A DNA stretch of 64,000 bases from an uncultured delta proteobacterium (lineage in GTDB: Bacteria; Myxococcota; Myxococcia; SLRQ01): assembly GCA_963727485.1 (NCBI GenBank), contig CAVSGM010000002.1:1696001-1760000 (forward strand), read 5' to 3'. The position numbers were made by a program, and so were the translations under genes. Under the pieces are notes generated by a model. That model had not been told where the DNA came from. It searched no databases and saw nothing but the letters and a program-made list of their open reading frames with translations. Positions 50,117 to 60,843 of the stretch are shown in pieces; the stretch's first letter is position 1; each line of letters begins with the position of its first letter.

Positions 50117-50866
50117 GTGATGAAGGGCGAGGACACGCTGGTGGGCCGGGTGGCGCTGGTCACCGGGGCGAGCCGGGGCATCGGCCACTCGGTGGCGGCG
50201 AGGCTGGCGGCGGCGGGGATGCAGGTCGCCGTGGGCTACCACCGCTCCCACGATGCCGCCGAGGCCCTCTGCGCCCGGATCGTCGCCGACGGTGGCGAGG
50301 CGGTGGCCGTCGGCGGCGACGTCGCCGACCCCGAGGCCGCGGTGAGCCTGGTCGACGCCGCCGAGGACCGGCTCGGTCCCGTGGACGTCCTGGTCTCCAA
50401 CGCCGGCCGCGCCGAGCGCCGGACCCTCGAGGACCTCGACGTCGAGACCTGGGACCGGACGATGGCCGAGCACCTGCGCGCCGCCTTCGTCCTGGCGCAG
50501 CGGGTGGTCCCGGGGATGCGCGAGAGGGGCTTCGGCCGCATCGTCCTCATGGGCTCGGTGGCCGCCGACACCGGCGGGATCGTCGGCCCCCACTACACCG
50601 CGGCCAAGGCGGCCCTGGTGGGCCTGATGCACGCGCTGGCCGCCGACACCGCCGCCGACGGGATCACCGTGAACCTGGTGGCCCCGGCCCTGGTGGACAC
50701 CGCGGCCCTGCGCACCCTCGGCGACCGGGCGGCCCTGGCGGCGAGGCTCCCGGTGGGGCGCCTGGGGACCCCCGAGGAGGTCGCCGAGGTGGTGGCGACC
50801 CTCTGCGAGAGCGGCTTCGTGACCGGTCAGACGATCCACGTCGACGGCGGCCTGCGGTTCACGTGA
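50117..50866 (+). CDS. Short-chain dehydrogenase (FabG-like)
   Basis: 'TGASRGIG', 'NAG', 'YTAAK'. Confidence 0.9.
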   Translation: MMKGEDTLVGRVALVTGASRGIGHSVAARLAAAGMQVAVGYHRSHDAAEALCARIVADGGEAVAVGGDVADPEAAVSLVDAAEDRLGPVDVLVSNAGRAERRTLEDLDVETWDRTMAEHLRAAFVLAQRVVPGMRERGFGRIVLMGSVAADTGGIVGPHYTAAKAALVGLMHALAADTAADGITVNLVAPALVDTAALRTLGDRAALAARLPVGRLGTPEEVAEVVATLCESGFVTGQTIHVDGGLRFT

Positions 50867-51108
50867 GGGTGGGCCTCGGGGCCGGCGCCGCCGTCGCGTT
50901 CCCAATCCTGCAGGCCACCCTTGGCCAGGCCCTCCTGGTCGCCGGCCTGGCCGTGGCCCTCCTCGCGGCCGCGACGTTTCTGGTTGCCGGAATCGTGATC
51001 CGGACCTGGCTCATCCGGGGGACGACCCAGGACCGTCGTCAGCTCACCCGGTTCGTCGAGGACGTGCTCCGGGCCCGCCCCGTCGAGGGGCTCCCCGGAC
51101 CCCTCTGA
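50863..51108 (+). CDS. Small hypothetical membrane protein
   Basis: GTGA overlap with the SDR stop; hydrophobic segment. Confidence 0.45.
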   Translation: MRVGLGAGAAVAFPILQATLGQALLVAGLAVALLAAATFLVAGIVIRTWLIRGTTQDRRQLTRFVEDVLRARPVEGLPGPL

Positions 51109-51156
51109 TTGCATCACGCTGTATCCCACTGGGGCAGAATGTCCCAGCGGGCCCGG

Positions 51157-51189
51157 TGTGAGTCACAACGTATCCCAGTGTGACTCACA
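51157..51189. repeat. Inverted pair of self-palindromic 11-mers
   Basis: TGTGAGTCACA-N11-TGTGACTCACA between convergent genes. Confidence 0.7.
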
Positions 51190-51232
51190 AGAGGGGTCGA
51201 CGCCGGGAGCCCGGGGAGGCGGCGACCCTCGC

Positions 51233-52591
51233 TCAGCCCCCCGCCACCTTGGGCAGCCGCTCGAGCGCCGCCTCGATGGCCGCCTCGGGGTAGGCGTAGT
51301 CCTCGAGGTCGCCGGCGAAGTACCGGTCGTAGGCCGCCATGTCGAAGTGCCCGTGGCCCGAGAGGTTGAAGAAGATGGTCTTGGGCTCGCCGGTCTGCTT
51401 GCAGCGCAGGGCCTCGTCGATGGCGGCGCGCACCGCGTGGTCGGCCTCCGGCGCGGGGATGATGCCCTCGGTCCGGGCGAAGGTGACCCCGGCCTCGAAG
51501 GTGGCCAGCTGGGGCAGGGCCACCGCCTCGATGAGGCCCTCGTGGTGGAGCTGGGAGACCAGCGGCGAGTCGCCGTGGTAGCGCAGGCCGCCGGCGTGGA
51601 TGCCCGGGGGCACGAAGTCGTGGCCCAAGGTGTACATCTGCATCATCGGGGTGAGCCCGGCGGTGTCGCCGAAGTCGTAGGCGTAGTGGCCCCGGGTCAG
51701 CGTGGGGCAGCTCGACGGCTCGGCGGCGACGATGCGCACCGCCTTGCCCGCGGCCTTGTCGGCGAAGAAGGGGAAGGTGGCCCCGCCGAAGTTGGAGCCG
51801 CCGCCGCAGCAGGCGATGACCACGTCGGGGTAGTCGCCGACCTTCTCGAACTGCTTCTTGGCCTCGAGGCCGATGACGGTCTGGTGCAGCAGCACATGGT
51901 TCAGGACCGAGCCCAGCGCGTAGTTGGTGTCGTCGCGGCCCGCGGCCTCCTCCACCGCCTCGGAGATGGCGATGCCCAGCGACCCCGGCGAGTCGGGGTC
52001 ACCGGCGAGGATCGCTCGGCCGGCCTCGGTCTGGTCGGTGGGGCTGGCGAAGACCTCGGCGCCAAAGGTCTGCATCATCGAGCGCCGGAAGGGCTTCTGC
52101 TCGTAGCTCACCTTCACCATGTACACGCGCACCGTCAGGCCGAAGAGGCGCGCGGCGAAGGCGAGCGAGCTGCCCCACTGGCCGGCGCCGGTCTCGGTGG
52201 ACAGCCGCTTGATGCCCGCCTCGGCGTTGTAGAAGGCCTGGGGCACCGAGGTGTTGGGCTTGTGGGAGCCCGGGGGCGAGACCCCCTCGTACTTGTAGTA
52301 GATCTTCGCCGGGGTCCCGAGGAAGGCCTCCAGGCGGTGGGCCCGGTACAGCGGCGTCGGGCGCCACAGCCGGTAGGCCTCGCGCACCGCCTCGGGGATG
52401 GCGATCCACCGCTCGGCGCTCACCTCCTGCTCGATGAGCGACATCGGGAAGATGGCCGCGAGGGCCTCGGGACCGATGGGCTTTCCATCGGGTCCCAGCG
52501 GGGGTGCCGGAGGGTTCGGCAGGTCCGCCACCACGTTGTACCAGTGGGTGGGGATCTCGGACTCGTCGAGGACGATCTTGGTCTCGGGCAT
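51233..52591 (-). CDS. trpB2: Tryptophan synthase beta chain, TrpB2 type
   Basis: 'IP..WYN..ADLP', 'GSHKPNT', 'TETGAGQWG', '[10 protein letters not shown]', 'HAGGLRYHG'. Confidence 0.93.
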   Translation of the reverse strand: MPETKIVLDESEIPTHWYNVVADLPNPPAPPLGPDGKPIGPEALAAIFPMSLIEQEVSAERWIAIPEAVREAYRLWRPTPLYRAHRLEAFLGTPAKIYYKYEGVSPPGSHKPNTSVPQAFYNAEAGIKRLSTETGAGQWGSSLAFAARLFGLTVRVYMVKVSYEQKPFRRSMMQTFGAEVFASPTDQTEAGRAILAGDPDSPGSLGIAISEAVEEAAGRDDTNYALGSVLNHVLLHQTVIGLEAKKQFEKVGDYPDVVIACCGGGSNFGGATFPFFADKAAGKAVRIVAAEPSSCPTLTRGHYAYDFGDTAGLTPMMQMYTLGHDFVPPGIHAGGLRYHGDSPLVSQLHHEGLIEAVALPQLATFEAGVTFARTEGIIPAPEADHAVRAAIDEALRCKQTGEPKTIFFNLSGHGHFDMAAYDRYFAGDLEDYAYPEAAIEAALERLPKVAGG

Positions 52592-52775
52592 GGTGCGTCT
52601 CCTGTCGAGCAACGGGCTCGAACCGCCGTGACCATGCGCGCCCCGCCGGGCACGATAGCAGACTCGCGCCCGATTCGCTTGCGGCGCCGGCACCGCCCCT
52701 GTCCTAATGTCCCACCGACGGGTACCGGCCGGGCGGCGGCCGGGGCCCCAGGGCACGACACGCATGGAGGACGAG

Positions 52776-53420
52776 ATGCACATCGGCATCCTCGGATCGG
52801 GAGACGTGGGCCGGACCCTGGGCGCGGGCCTGGCCCGCCACGGCCACGAGGTGATGCTCGGCACCCGGGACCCGTCGGCGAAGCGGATCCGCGAGTGGGT
52901 GAAGGAGACGGGCCACTCGGTGCGCGCCGGGACCTTCGCCGAGGCCGCGCAGTTCGCGCGCCTGGCGATCCTGGCCACCGCCTGGAGCGGCACCGGCCAC
53001 GCCCTGGAGCTCGCCGGCAAGGGGCACCTGAAGGACAACGTGGTCCTCGACGTCACCAACCCCCTGGTCTTCGGCGACGGGGCACCGACCCTGGCGCTCG
53101 GGTGCACCGACTCCGGCGGCGAGCAGGTGCAGCGGTGGCTCCCCGACGCCCACGTGGTCAAGGCCCTGAACATCGTGGGCCACGCCCACATGGTCCACCC
53201 CGACTTCCCCGGCGGGCCCCCGGACATGTTCCTCTGTGGGAACGACCCCGAGGCCAAGGCCCAGGTGGCCGGGCTGTTGGAGACCCTGGGGTGGCCGGTG
53301 GTCGACCTCGGGGGCATCGAGATGAGCCGCTACCTCGAGCCCATGGCCATGGTCTGGATCACCCACGCGATCCGCACCGGCGGCGGGAACCACGCCTTCA
53401 AGCTGCTGCGCAAGTCCTAG
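52776..53420 (+). CDS. NADP oxidoreductase (F420-dependent NADP reductase family)
   Basis: '[10 protein letters not shown]', 'DVTNPL', 'SGGEQVQ..LP...VVKALN'. Confidence 0.88.
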   Translation: MHIGILGSGDVGRTLGAGLARHGHEVMLGTRDPSAKRIREWVKETGHSVRAGTFAEAAQFARLAILATAWSGTGHALELAGKGHLKDNVVLDVTNPLVFGDGAPTLALGCTDSGGEQVQRWLPDAHVVKALNIVGHAHMVHPDFPGGPPDMFLCGNDPEAKAQVAGLLETLGWPVVDLGGIEMSRYLEPMAMVWITHAIRTGGGNHAFKLLRKS

Positions 53421-54427
53421 TCGCGGAGGCGCAGGACCGCGGCCTGGGCCCCGAGGGTGCCGGCCGAGAGCCTCGCCAGCGCCTCGCCGGCGTCCTCGAA
53501 GGCGTAGGTCTCGACGTCGGTCTCGATGCCGATGCGCGCCGCCAGGTTCAAGAGCGTCCGCCCGTCGGCCCGGGTGTTGGCGGTGACGCTCACCAGCGCC
53601 TTCTCCTGGAAGAGCTCGGCGTCGTAGTCGAGCTTGGGGATGGCGTCGACATAGATGCCGGCGATGGCGAGCGTCCCGCCCCGGTCGAGGTCGCGCATGG
53701 CCTTGGGGAGGAAGCCGCCCACCGGGGCGAAGCTCACCGCGTGGTCCACCTTGCGTGGGGCGAGCTCGTCGAGCTCCCCGGTCCAGGCGGCGCCCAGCGC
53801 CCTGGCGCGCGCGCGCGACTCGGCGCCCCGGGAGAAGACGAAGACCTCGCAGCCGAACGCCACCGCCACCTGGAGGGCGATGTGGGCCGAGCCCCCGAAG
53901 CCGTAGAGGGCGAGGCGCCTTCCCGGCACCAGGCCCGCGCGCATCAGTGCCCGGTAGCCGATGATCCCCGCGCACAACAGCGGCGCCACCTTGGCGTCGT
54001 CGCCGAGGGCGTCGGGGAGCGGGTAGACGTAGGCGGCGTCGGCGAGGACCTGCTCGGCGTAGCCGCCGTTGACGTGGAAGCCGGTGAAGGTGGGGGCGAG
54101 GCAGAGGTTCTCCCGGCCCTCGACGCAGGGGTCGCACTGGCCGCAGAAGCGGTGGACCCAGGCGACGCCCACCCGGTCGCCGACCTTCAGCGCGCGCACC
54201 CCCTCGCCGAGCGCCGCCACCTTGCCCACCACCTCGTGGCCGGGGACGAGGGGATGCGCCGGCACCTCGAGGTCGCCCTCGATCACGTGGAGGTCGGTGC
54301 GGCACACCCCGCAGGCGGTCACCTCGACCAACACCTGGCCGCGGCCGGGCACCGGGTCGGGGACCGTCTCCAGCTTCAGGGGGCGGTCGGCGGCGGGGGC
54401 CGGGGCGTGGAGGACCTGGGCGCGCAT
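53417..54427 (-). CDS. Zinc-dependent alcohol dehydrogenase (AdhP/CAD-like)
   Basis: 'CGVCRTDLH', 'GHE', CxxCxxCx7C, 'APLLCAG.IGYR', 'GFGGSA'. Confidence 0.93.
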   Translation of the reverse strand: MRAQVLHAPAPAADRPLKLETVPDPVPGRGQVLVEVTACGVCRTDLHVIEGDLEVPAHPLVPGHEVVGKVAALGEGVRALKVGDRVGVAWVHRFCGQCDPCVEGRENLCLAPTFTGFHVNGGYAEQVLADAAYVYPLPDALGDDAKVAPLLCAGIIGYRALMRAGLVPGRRLALYGFGGSAHIALQVAVAFGCEVFVFSRGAESRARARALGAAWTGELDELAPRKVDHAVSFAPVGGFLPKAMRDLDRGGTLAIAGIYVDAIPKLDYDAELFQEKALVSVTANTRADGRTLLNLAARIGIETDVETYAFEDAGEALARLSAGTLGAQAAVLRLRD

Positions 54428-54518
54428 GCGCTGACCCTAGTCAGCGCCGTAGGCCCCGGCTAGTGTCGACGCTGGGGGCACGTGGCCACGGGGGCCACGC
54501 CGACCGGAGGAGGAAACC

Positions 54519-55079
54519 ATGGCACTCGCCGCCATCCTGCTGATCCTGATGGGGACCATCGGGTCCATCGACCTGCTCTACTACCACCTGTACAAGTTCC
54601 GCCTCTACGATCAGCCCTCGGCCCGGGGCGAGGAGGTGACCCACCTGGTGCGGGCGGCGACCTTCGCCTTCGGCCTCTGGATCCTCCTGCACTACACGCC
54701 CCAGGGCGGCTGGTTCTGGATCATGGCGGCGCTCTTCGGCGTCGAGTTCGTCGACGACGTGTGCGACGTGGCCATCGAGCCGAAGAGCCGCGAGCCCCTC
54801 GGGGGCCTGCCGCCGCTGGAGTACCTCGTCCACATGGTCGCCAGCCTCTGCACCGGCGGGGTGTGGGTGGCGTTCCTCACCGCCGGCTGGGCCGGGCGGA
54901 ACGCGGCCTCGGCCCTGGTCCCCCACGCCGCCGGCTTCCTCCCGACCTGGCTTCACCTCGACGGGCTGGCGATGATCTTCGCCGGCGTCGCCCTGGGGCT
55001 GGTGGAGCTCACGCTCTTCGTCCGGTCCCTCGTCCGCCGGGGCGGCGGGGGCGCGGCGCCGGAGCCGGTGACGACCTGA
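54519..55079 (+). CDS. Hypothetical membrane protein
   Basis: Several TMs, 'D.LYYH....RL', 'E..SR..LGGLP..EY..H'; strong RBS. Confidence 0.75.
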   Translation: MALAAILLILMGTIGSIDLLYYHLYKFRLYDQPSARGEEVTHLVRAATFAFGLWILLHYTPQGGWFWIMAALFGVEFVDDVCDVAIEPKSREPLGGLPPLEYLVHMVASLCTGGVWVAFLTAGWAGRNAASALVPHAAGFLPTWLHLDGLAMIFAGVALGLVELTLFVRSLVRRGGGGAAPEPVTT

Positions 55080-55099
55080 AGGCCCACCGGGACGCTGGG

Positions 55100-56095
55100 T
55101 CAGGGGTCGTCGATGACCAGGATGCGCCCGGCCATGGGATCGCAGACGAAGGCGCGGCGCCCGTCGGTGGTCACGCAGTGGGCGTGGGGGGCGGTCCGCA
55201 CCTGGCGCACCGCCTTCAGCGTCCCGTCCTTCGCCACCGCGACCACGGTGAGGTGCCCGGGGCCGGCGCTGGGCACGTAGAGGTGCCGGCGCGCCGGGTC
55301 GTAGGCGACGATGTCCACGCCCGGGGCCACCTTCACCTGGCCCAGGCGCCGGTGGCCGTGGGCGAGGTCGAAGAGGGCGACCCGCCCCTCGCGGCAGGCG
55401 ACGAAGAGCCGGTCGCCGTGGCGCTCGAGGCCCCGGGCCTTCTGGCAGCCGTTGCTCCACCGCGTCACCACCCGGTGGGTCTTCAGGTCGATGGTCACCG
55501 TCTCGGTGGTCCAGGTGTTGGTGTAGGCGACGCCGCGCGATGGGTCGAAGACCAGGGACTCGGGGCCGCCCACGACGTCGATGAACGCCGCGTGGGTGAG
55601 CCGGGGCCTCGGCCCGGGGTGGAAGGTGAGGACCTCGATGCGTCCCTGGCGCGGCTCGGTGATCCACAGCTCATGGACCGACGGCGCGTAGCGCAGGTAG
55701 TCCGAGCCCCCGGCGAGCCCGGTGCGGGCGAGGATGCGGCCGGTCTTGGGGTCGAGGACGATCGCCTGCTGGTGGGTGTGGTCGCCGAGGAGGAGCAGGT
55801 GGCCGGCCAGGGCCACCGAGCTGGTGCCCTCGCGCCGGGCCCCGGTGGCGCCGCCGCTGCCGTCGGGGAGGGCGCGGACCGCGAAGGTCTCCGGGTCGAC
55901 GAGGTCCACGTGCCCGGTGCCCCCGGCGGGGACCACCAGCCTCCCCAGGGCCGGGAGGTAGCGGACGTCGTCGAGGTGGGCGCGGCCGTGGGCGCCGGGC
56001 AGGGCGATGGCCGCCGGTGACGGTGGGGCCTTGGGATGGGCGGGGGCGGCGGGGAGGAGCAGCGCCGCGGCGAGGAGGCCGAGGACGGTGGGCAT
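55100..56095 (-). CDS. Secreted YVTN/YncE-like beta-propeller protein
   Basis: Signal peptide; blade repeats with 'D...YDP....LYV', 'GPESLVFDP'. Confidence 0.75.
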   Translation of the reverse strand: MPTVLGLLAAALLLPAAPAHPKAPPSPAAIALPGAHGRAHLDDVRYLPALGRLVVPAGGTGHVDLVDPETFAVRALPDGSGGATGARREGTSSVALAGHLLLLGDHTHQQAIVLDPKTGRILARTGLAGGSDYLRYAPSVHELWITEPRQGRIEVLTFHPGPRPRLTHAAFIDVVGGPESLVFDPSRGVAYTNTWTTETVTIDLKTHRVVTRWSNGCQKARGLERHGDRLFVACREGRVALFDLAHGHRRLGQVKVAPGVDIVAYDPARRHLYVPSAGPGHLTVVAVAKDGTLKAVRQVRTAPHAHCVTTDGRRAFVCDPMAGRILVIDDP

Positions 56096-56374
56096 GGGCG
56101 AACCCTCCCTCCGTCCCCGGTCCCGGGCCAGCCCCCGTCGGGGCCTACCGCCGCGCCTGCTTCCGGGGGACCGGGCTGCCCGGGAGGTCCACAAAGGTCA
56201 TACCAATTTTGCAACCACCTGGAATCACTTGATTCAAGTGCCCGGTGCCCCCCGGGGACCCCCACGCACTGCGCAGGGATCGACGCGGATCGCCACCCTG
56301 GCGTGACACCCTGCGTCATGGCCCGGGCCGCCTTTCCCCCGGGCCCCCCGGCGGGGTACAACCACAATGGCCCG

Positions 56375-57673
56375 ATGCCCACGACCACCCGCACCCGCGT
56401 GATCGGCACCACCCGGCTCCTGGAGCCCCTGGGCAAGGGGGGGATGGCCGAGGTGTACTCGGCGATCCAGGAGCCCCTGCAGCGCCAGGTGGCGGTGAAG
56501 ATCATGCTCCCGGAGCTGGGGAAGAACCGCGAGGCGGTCACCCGCTTCCGCCGCGAGGCCCTGGCGCTGGCGAGCCTCTCCCACGAGAACATCGTCGGGA
56601 TCCACGACCTGGTGGAGAAGAACGGCCAGCTGTTCATGGTCATGGAGTACGTGGAGGGCGTCGACGTCGCCGACCTCCTCAAGGGCGGGGGGCCCCTGCC
56701 AGTGGACGTGGCGCTGCTGGTCGGCGCCGGGGTCGCCGGCGCCCTGGAGCACGCCCACTTCCGCAAGGTCATCCACCGGGACGTGAAGCCCGCCAACGTG
56801 ATGATCTCGCGCTTCGGCGAGGTGAAGCTCACCGACTTCGGCATCGCCAAGGACATGACCATCGACGACCTCACCAAGACCGGGCTGGTGGTGGGGACGC
56901 CGGCGTACCTGGCGCCGGAGCAGGTCACCGGCAAGCGCCCCGACTCGCGCACCGACCTCTACGCCCTGGGGATCCTCCTCTTCGAGGCCCTCACCGGCGA
57001 GAAGCCCTTCCAGGCCGAGAACCACGGCCAGCTCTTCGCCATGATCGCCGACGGCAAGCGCCGCAAGCTGCGCAAGCTGCGCCCGGAGGTGCCCCGGGCG
57101 GTGGAGAAGCTGGTGGACCGGTGCCTCCAGGTCAAGCCCGAGAAGCGCTACCAGCGCGCGGTGGACCTGCGCCGGGACCTCGGCCGTCACCTCGACAGGC
57201 TCCTCCTCGGCACCCCCTCGGCGCGCCTCGTGACCTTCATGCGCGACCGCGGCCACGTGCGCGAGGACGAGCTGTCCCAGCTCGCCATCGAGGACCGGTG
57301 GTTCGTGGGCAGCGGCCGGGACCTCGCCACCCCGTCGCCCAGCACCACCGGGGGCGCCTCCGAGGGTCGGCCGGCGCACGGGCGCTCGGTGGCCGGGGCC
57401 CACGGGGCCTCCCTGGAGATCGACCTCGACGACTCGGTGGTCGAGGCCGTAGAGCCGGCCCCGAGGTCCACCGCCTCCGCCCAGGTCCCCGCCCGGCCCA
57501 CGCCGAGGCGGCGAAGCTGGCTCTCCCGGTTGGTGGTCTCGGTGGTGGTCCTCGCCGCCCTCCTCGGCGCCGGCACCGCCGCCGCCTGGCACTACGCCCC
57601 CGACGAGACCAACGCCGTCCTCGACCAGCTCGTCCGCTGGGCGCACCCGGACCCCGGCGCCGCCCGGCGCTGA
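56375..57673 (+). CDS. Ser/Thr protein kinase with C-terminal TM
   Basis: 'LGKGGMAEVY', 'HRDVKPAN', 'DFGIAK', 'GTPAYLAPEQ'. Confidence 0.93.
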   Translation: MPTTTRTRVIGTTRLLEPLGKGGMAEVYSAIQEPLQRQVAVKIMLPELGKNREAVTRFRREALALASLSHENIVGIHDLVEKNGQLFMVMEYVEGVDVADLLKGGGPLPVDVALLVGAGVAGALEHAHFRKVIHRDVKPANVMISRFGEVKLTDFGIAKDMTIDDLTKTGLVVGTPAYLAPEQVTGKRPDSRTDLYALGILLFEALTGEKPFQAENHGQLFAMIADGKRRKLRKLRPEVPRAVEKLVDRCLQVKPEKRYQRAVDLRRDLGRHLDRLLLGTPSARLVTFMRDRGHVREDELSQLAIEDRWFVGSGRDLATPSPSTTGGASEGRPAHGRSVAGAHGASLEIDLDDSVVEAVEPAPRSTASAQVPARPTPRRRSWLSRLVVSVVVLAALLGAGTAAAWHYAPDETNAVLDQLVRWAHPDPGAARR

Positions 57674-57690
57674 TGCCTACGCTGGCACCC

Positions 57691-58539
57691 ATGCCCTTCC
57701 TCCAGGTCAACGGCGCCCGGCTCCACTACACCAGCCAGGGGACCGGGGCCCAGACCGTCGTCTTCGCCCACGGCCTCCTGTGGAGCGGGCGGATGTTCGA
57801 CGCCCAGGTGGCGGCCCTCTCCTCGCGCTACCGCTGCATCACCTTCGACTTCCGGGGACAGGGTGAGAGCGAGGTGACCGAGGGCGGCTACGACATGGAC
57901 ACCCTCACGGACGACGCCGCGGCCCTCATCGAGGCCCTGGGGGTGGGGCCGGTGCACTTCCTGGGGCTGTCCATGGGCGGGTTCATCGGGATGCGGCTGG
58001 CCGCCCGGCGCCCGGCGCTCCTGCGCTCGCTGATGCTCCTGGAGACCTCCGCCGACCCCGAGCCCGAGGAGAACCGCGGCCGCTACCGGATGCTCTCGCT
58101 GGTGGCCCGGTACCTCAGCCTCCGGCTGGTCCGGGGCCGGGTGATGAAGATCATGTTCGGCGAGAGCTTCCTCACCGACCCGGCCCGCGCCGAGGAGCGC
58201 CGCCTCTGGGGCGGGCGGCTGGTGGCCAACGACCGCATCGGGATCACCCGGGCGGTCGGAGGCGTCATCGACCGGGCGCCGGTCTACGAGGAGCTGGCGC
58301 GGATCACGGTGCCCACGCTGATCCTGGTCGGCGCCGAGGACGTGGCCACCCCGCCGCCCAAGGCCGAGCGGATGCATGGCGCCATCGCCGGGAGCCGGCT
58401 GTACACCGTCCCCGCCGCCGGCCACACCTCCACCGTGGAGAACCCGGCGGCGGTCAACGCCCGCCTCGAGGCCTTCCTCGCCGAGGTGGGCCACGCCGCC
58501 GCCCGGGACGAGGCGCCGTCCCCCGCTTCGGCGTCCTGA
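57691..58539 (+). CDS. Alpha/beta hydrolase (3-oxoadipate enol-lactonase-like)
   Basis: 'HGLLW', 'D.RGQG.S', 'GLSMGG', 'AGH'. Confidence 0.88.
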   Translation: MPFLQVNGARLHYTSQGTGAQTVVFAHGLLWSGRMFDAQVAALSSRYRCITFDFRGQGESEVTEGGYDMDTLTDDAAALIEALGVGPVHFLGLSMGGFIGMRLAARRPALLRSLMLLETSADPEPEENRGRYRMLSLVARYLSLRLVRGRVMKIMFGESFLTDPARAEERRLWGGRLVANDRIGITRAVGGVIDRAPVYEELARITVPTLILVGAEDVATPPPKAERMHGAIAGSRLYTVPAAGHTSTVENPAAVNARLEAFLAEVGHAAARDEAPSPASAS

Positions 58540-58587
58540 TCCGGTACCCGAGCGGGGCCGCCCTTCGCCGCGCGGAGCGCGTGGAGT

Positions 58588-60135
58588 ATGGTCCGCCGGA
58601 TGGCCGGGGCCCCCACCATCGACGCCGCCCGTGACCGGCGCGCCCGCCGCGGCCAGCGGGCCACCGCCCTGGGCCTGGCCCTGGCCGTCCTGCTTGGCGC
58701 CGGCCTGGTCGCCGGCAGCCTCGACCGGGGCCATGACTGGGGCGGCGACTTCGCCGGCTACCTGCTCCAGTCGCGCGCCCTCCTCGCCGGCCGGGTCGAC
58801 GCCGAGCTCGCCGCCAACCGCTTCGCCCTGGCCCACTCGGTCCAGGTCTTTGGCCCGGTGGCCTACCCCTGGGGGTTCCCGGTGCTCCTGGCGCCCGCCC
58901 TCGCCGCCTCCGGGCTGGAGCCCCTGGCCCTCAAGCTCGTGGGCGCCCTCGCCTGGGTGGGCGTGCTCCTGCTCCTCGCCTGGGGCTTCACCCGCGCCCA
59001 CCCTGGGGCCTGGCGGCTGGCGCTGGTGGCCGGCTTCGCCGTGGACCCGGCGCTCTTCCCCTTCACCAACGAGATCCTCTCGGACCTGCCCTTCCTCCTC
59101 CTGGCCACCGCCGCGGTCCTGTGGATGGACCGGGTGGCGGGAGGTCGCCGGCCGTGGCGCGATGGCGCGATCCTCGGGGGGCTGATGGCCGCGGCGTTCT
59201 TCGTCCGGACCAATGGCCTGCTCCTGCTGCCCACCCTCGCGGTGGCCCAGGTCGTCGTCGCCTGGCGCCGGCGCCCGGGCGACGCGCCGGCGCCCGCAAC
59301 CGGGTGGCGGGCCCGCCTGCTGCCCTACGTGGTCTTCGCGCTCCTGGTGGCCGCCTGGCGGCTGGTCCTCCCCGAGGGCGGCAGCTCCCACCTGGCGTTC
59401 CTGGGCCGGCTCTCCCAGGCGACCCTCCGGGCCAACCTCGACTACTACCGGCGGCTGCCGGCCCAGCTCCTCCCCGGTGTGCCCCACCCCCAGGCGGCGT
59501 GGGAGGCGACGGTGCCGCTGGCGATCCTGGGGGCGGTGCGCCGGGGCCGGGCGGCGCTCCACCAGGTCGCCTGGATCCTGGGGACTCTGGCCCTCTACGT
59601 GGCCTGGCCCGCCGAGCAGGGGCTTCGCTTCCTCTTCCCGGTCCTGCCCTTCTACGCCTCCTTCGTGATCTCCGGCCTGGCGTGGCTCGCCGGCGGGGTG
59701 GGGGCCCGGGCCCGGACCCTGCGCACCGCGGCGTGCGTGGCCCCGGTGCTGGTGGGGGTGGCGCTCCTGGGCCACCGGGCGGTGGACCGGGTCCGGGCCA
59801 ACCTCGCCGCCGACCGGACGGTGTCCACCGGGCCCTTCTCGCCGCCGGCGCGGGCCCTCTTCGACTTCCTCTCCACCCGCACCCCGGCGGACGCCACCGT
59901 GATCTTCTTCAAGCCCCGGGTGCTGCGGCTGATGACCGGGCGCCGGGCCTTCACCGCCAATCGGCTGACCTCGCCCCCGGCGGCCACGATCCTCTGCCTC
60001 GCGGTGGCGGCTTCCCCGAGCGTGGAGCCTCCGCCGGCGCAGGTCCGGGCCTGGGTGGCCTCGGGCCGAGCCCGACGCATCTTCGGGAACGGGCGGTTCA
60101 CCTGCTACCACCTGGTCCCCGCCACCCCGCCGTAA
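58588..60135 (+). CDS. GT-C fold (ArnT/PMT-like) membrane glycosyltransferase
   Basis: 'WGGDFAGY', 'YPWGFP.LLAP', 'ILSDLPF', 'R.NG', 'RFLFP'; many TMs. Confidence 0.75.
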   Translation: MVRRMAGAPTIDAARDRRARRGQRATALGLALAVLLGAGLVAGSLDRGHDWGGDFAGYLLQSRALLAGRVDAELAANRFALAHSVQVFGPVAYPWGFPVLLAPALAASGLEPLALKLVGALAWVGVLLLLAWGFTRAHPGAWRLALVAGFAVDPALFPFTNEILSDLPFLLLATAAVLWMDRVAGGRRPWRDGAILGGLMAAAFFVRTNGLLLLPTLAVAQVVVAWRRRPGDAPAPATGWRARLLPYVVFALLVAAWRLVLPEGGSSHLAFLGRLSQATLRANLDYYRRLPAQLLPGVPHPQAAWEATVPLAILGAVRRGRAALHQVAWILGTLALYVAWPAEQGLRFLFPVLPFYASFVISGLAWLAGGVGARARTLRTAACVAPVLVGVALLGHRAVDRVRANLAADRTVSTGPFSPPARALFDFLSTRTPADATVIFFKPRVLRLMTGRRAFTANRLTSPPAATILCLAVAASPSVEPPPAQVRAWVASGRARRIFGNGRFTCYHLVPATPP

Positions 60136-60219
60136 GGGGATCCGCCGCCCCCCCGGGGAATCCCCCGTTTTCCGGGCCCGGCCCCCTGCCTAGGGTCCAG
60201 ACACGCAAAGGGGGCAGTC

Positions 60220-60774
60220 ATGGAAACCCTCGTCGCCTGGTTCTCCCTCTATGGGAACACCGAGACCCTGGCCCGGGAGGTGGCCGAGGTGCTGTCGGCC
60301 CTGGGGCCGGTGCGCACCATGCACCTGGACGAGGTCCTCGCCGGGGACCTGGTGGTCGAGCTCGCGGTCTTCGCCACGCCCACCCACGGCTTCGGCGTGC
60401 CGCCGCAGGTGCGCCCGATGCTGGCGCGGCTCCCCGACGGGACCCTGGGCGGGGTGAAGGTCGCGGCCTTCGACACCGCCTTCGGCTGGTGGCCCCTCTC
60501 GGCGCTCACCGCGTCGCCGAAGCTCCTCCGGCGGATGCGCCGCCTCGGGGGCACCGCGGTGGCCCGGGCCGAGTCGTTCCACGTGGTGGCCACCGAGGGG
60601 CCGCTGGCCAAGGGCGAGCTGGCCCGGGCCCGGACCTGGGCCGAGGGGATTGTCGCCGCGGTGGCGCCGGCGCCGGAGCCGGGGGCGCGCAAGGCGGCCG
60701 GGCCCACCGCGCCCAGGGCCCGGACGGCCCGGACGGCCCCGGTCGAGCAGCCCGCCCCACGCCCGCCGCGCTGA
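60220..60774 (+). CDS. Flavodoxin-like protein
   Basis: 'SLYGNTE.LA', 'ATPTH', 'AAFDT', 'EGPL..GEL.RA..W'. Confidence 0.85.
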   Translation: METLVAWFSLYGNTETLAREVAEVLSALGPVRTMHLDEVLAGDLVVELAVFATPTHGFGVPPQVRPMLARLPDGTLGGVKVAAFDTAFGWWPLSALTASPKLLRRMRRLGGTAVARAESFHVVATEGPLAKGELARARTWAEGIVAAVAPAPEPGARKAAGPTAPRARTARTAPVEQPAPRPPR

Positions 60775-60843
60775 TTCCCCCTCCCGGCCGATTCCCCGCT
60801 TCCGGGGGGGTGCGCGGTCGACCCGGGGACCTACTGTCCCGCC

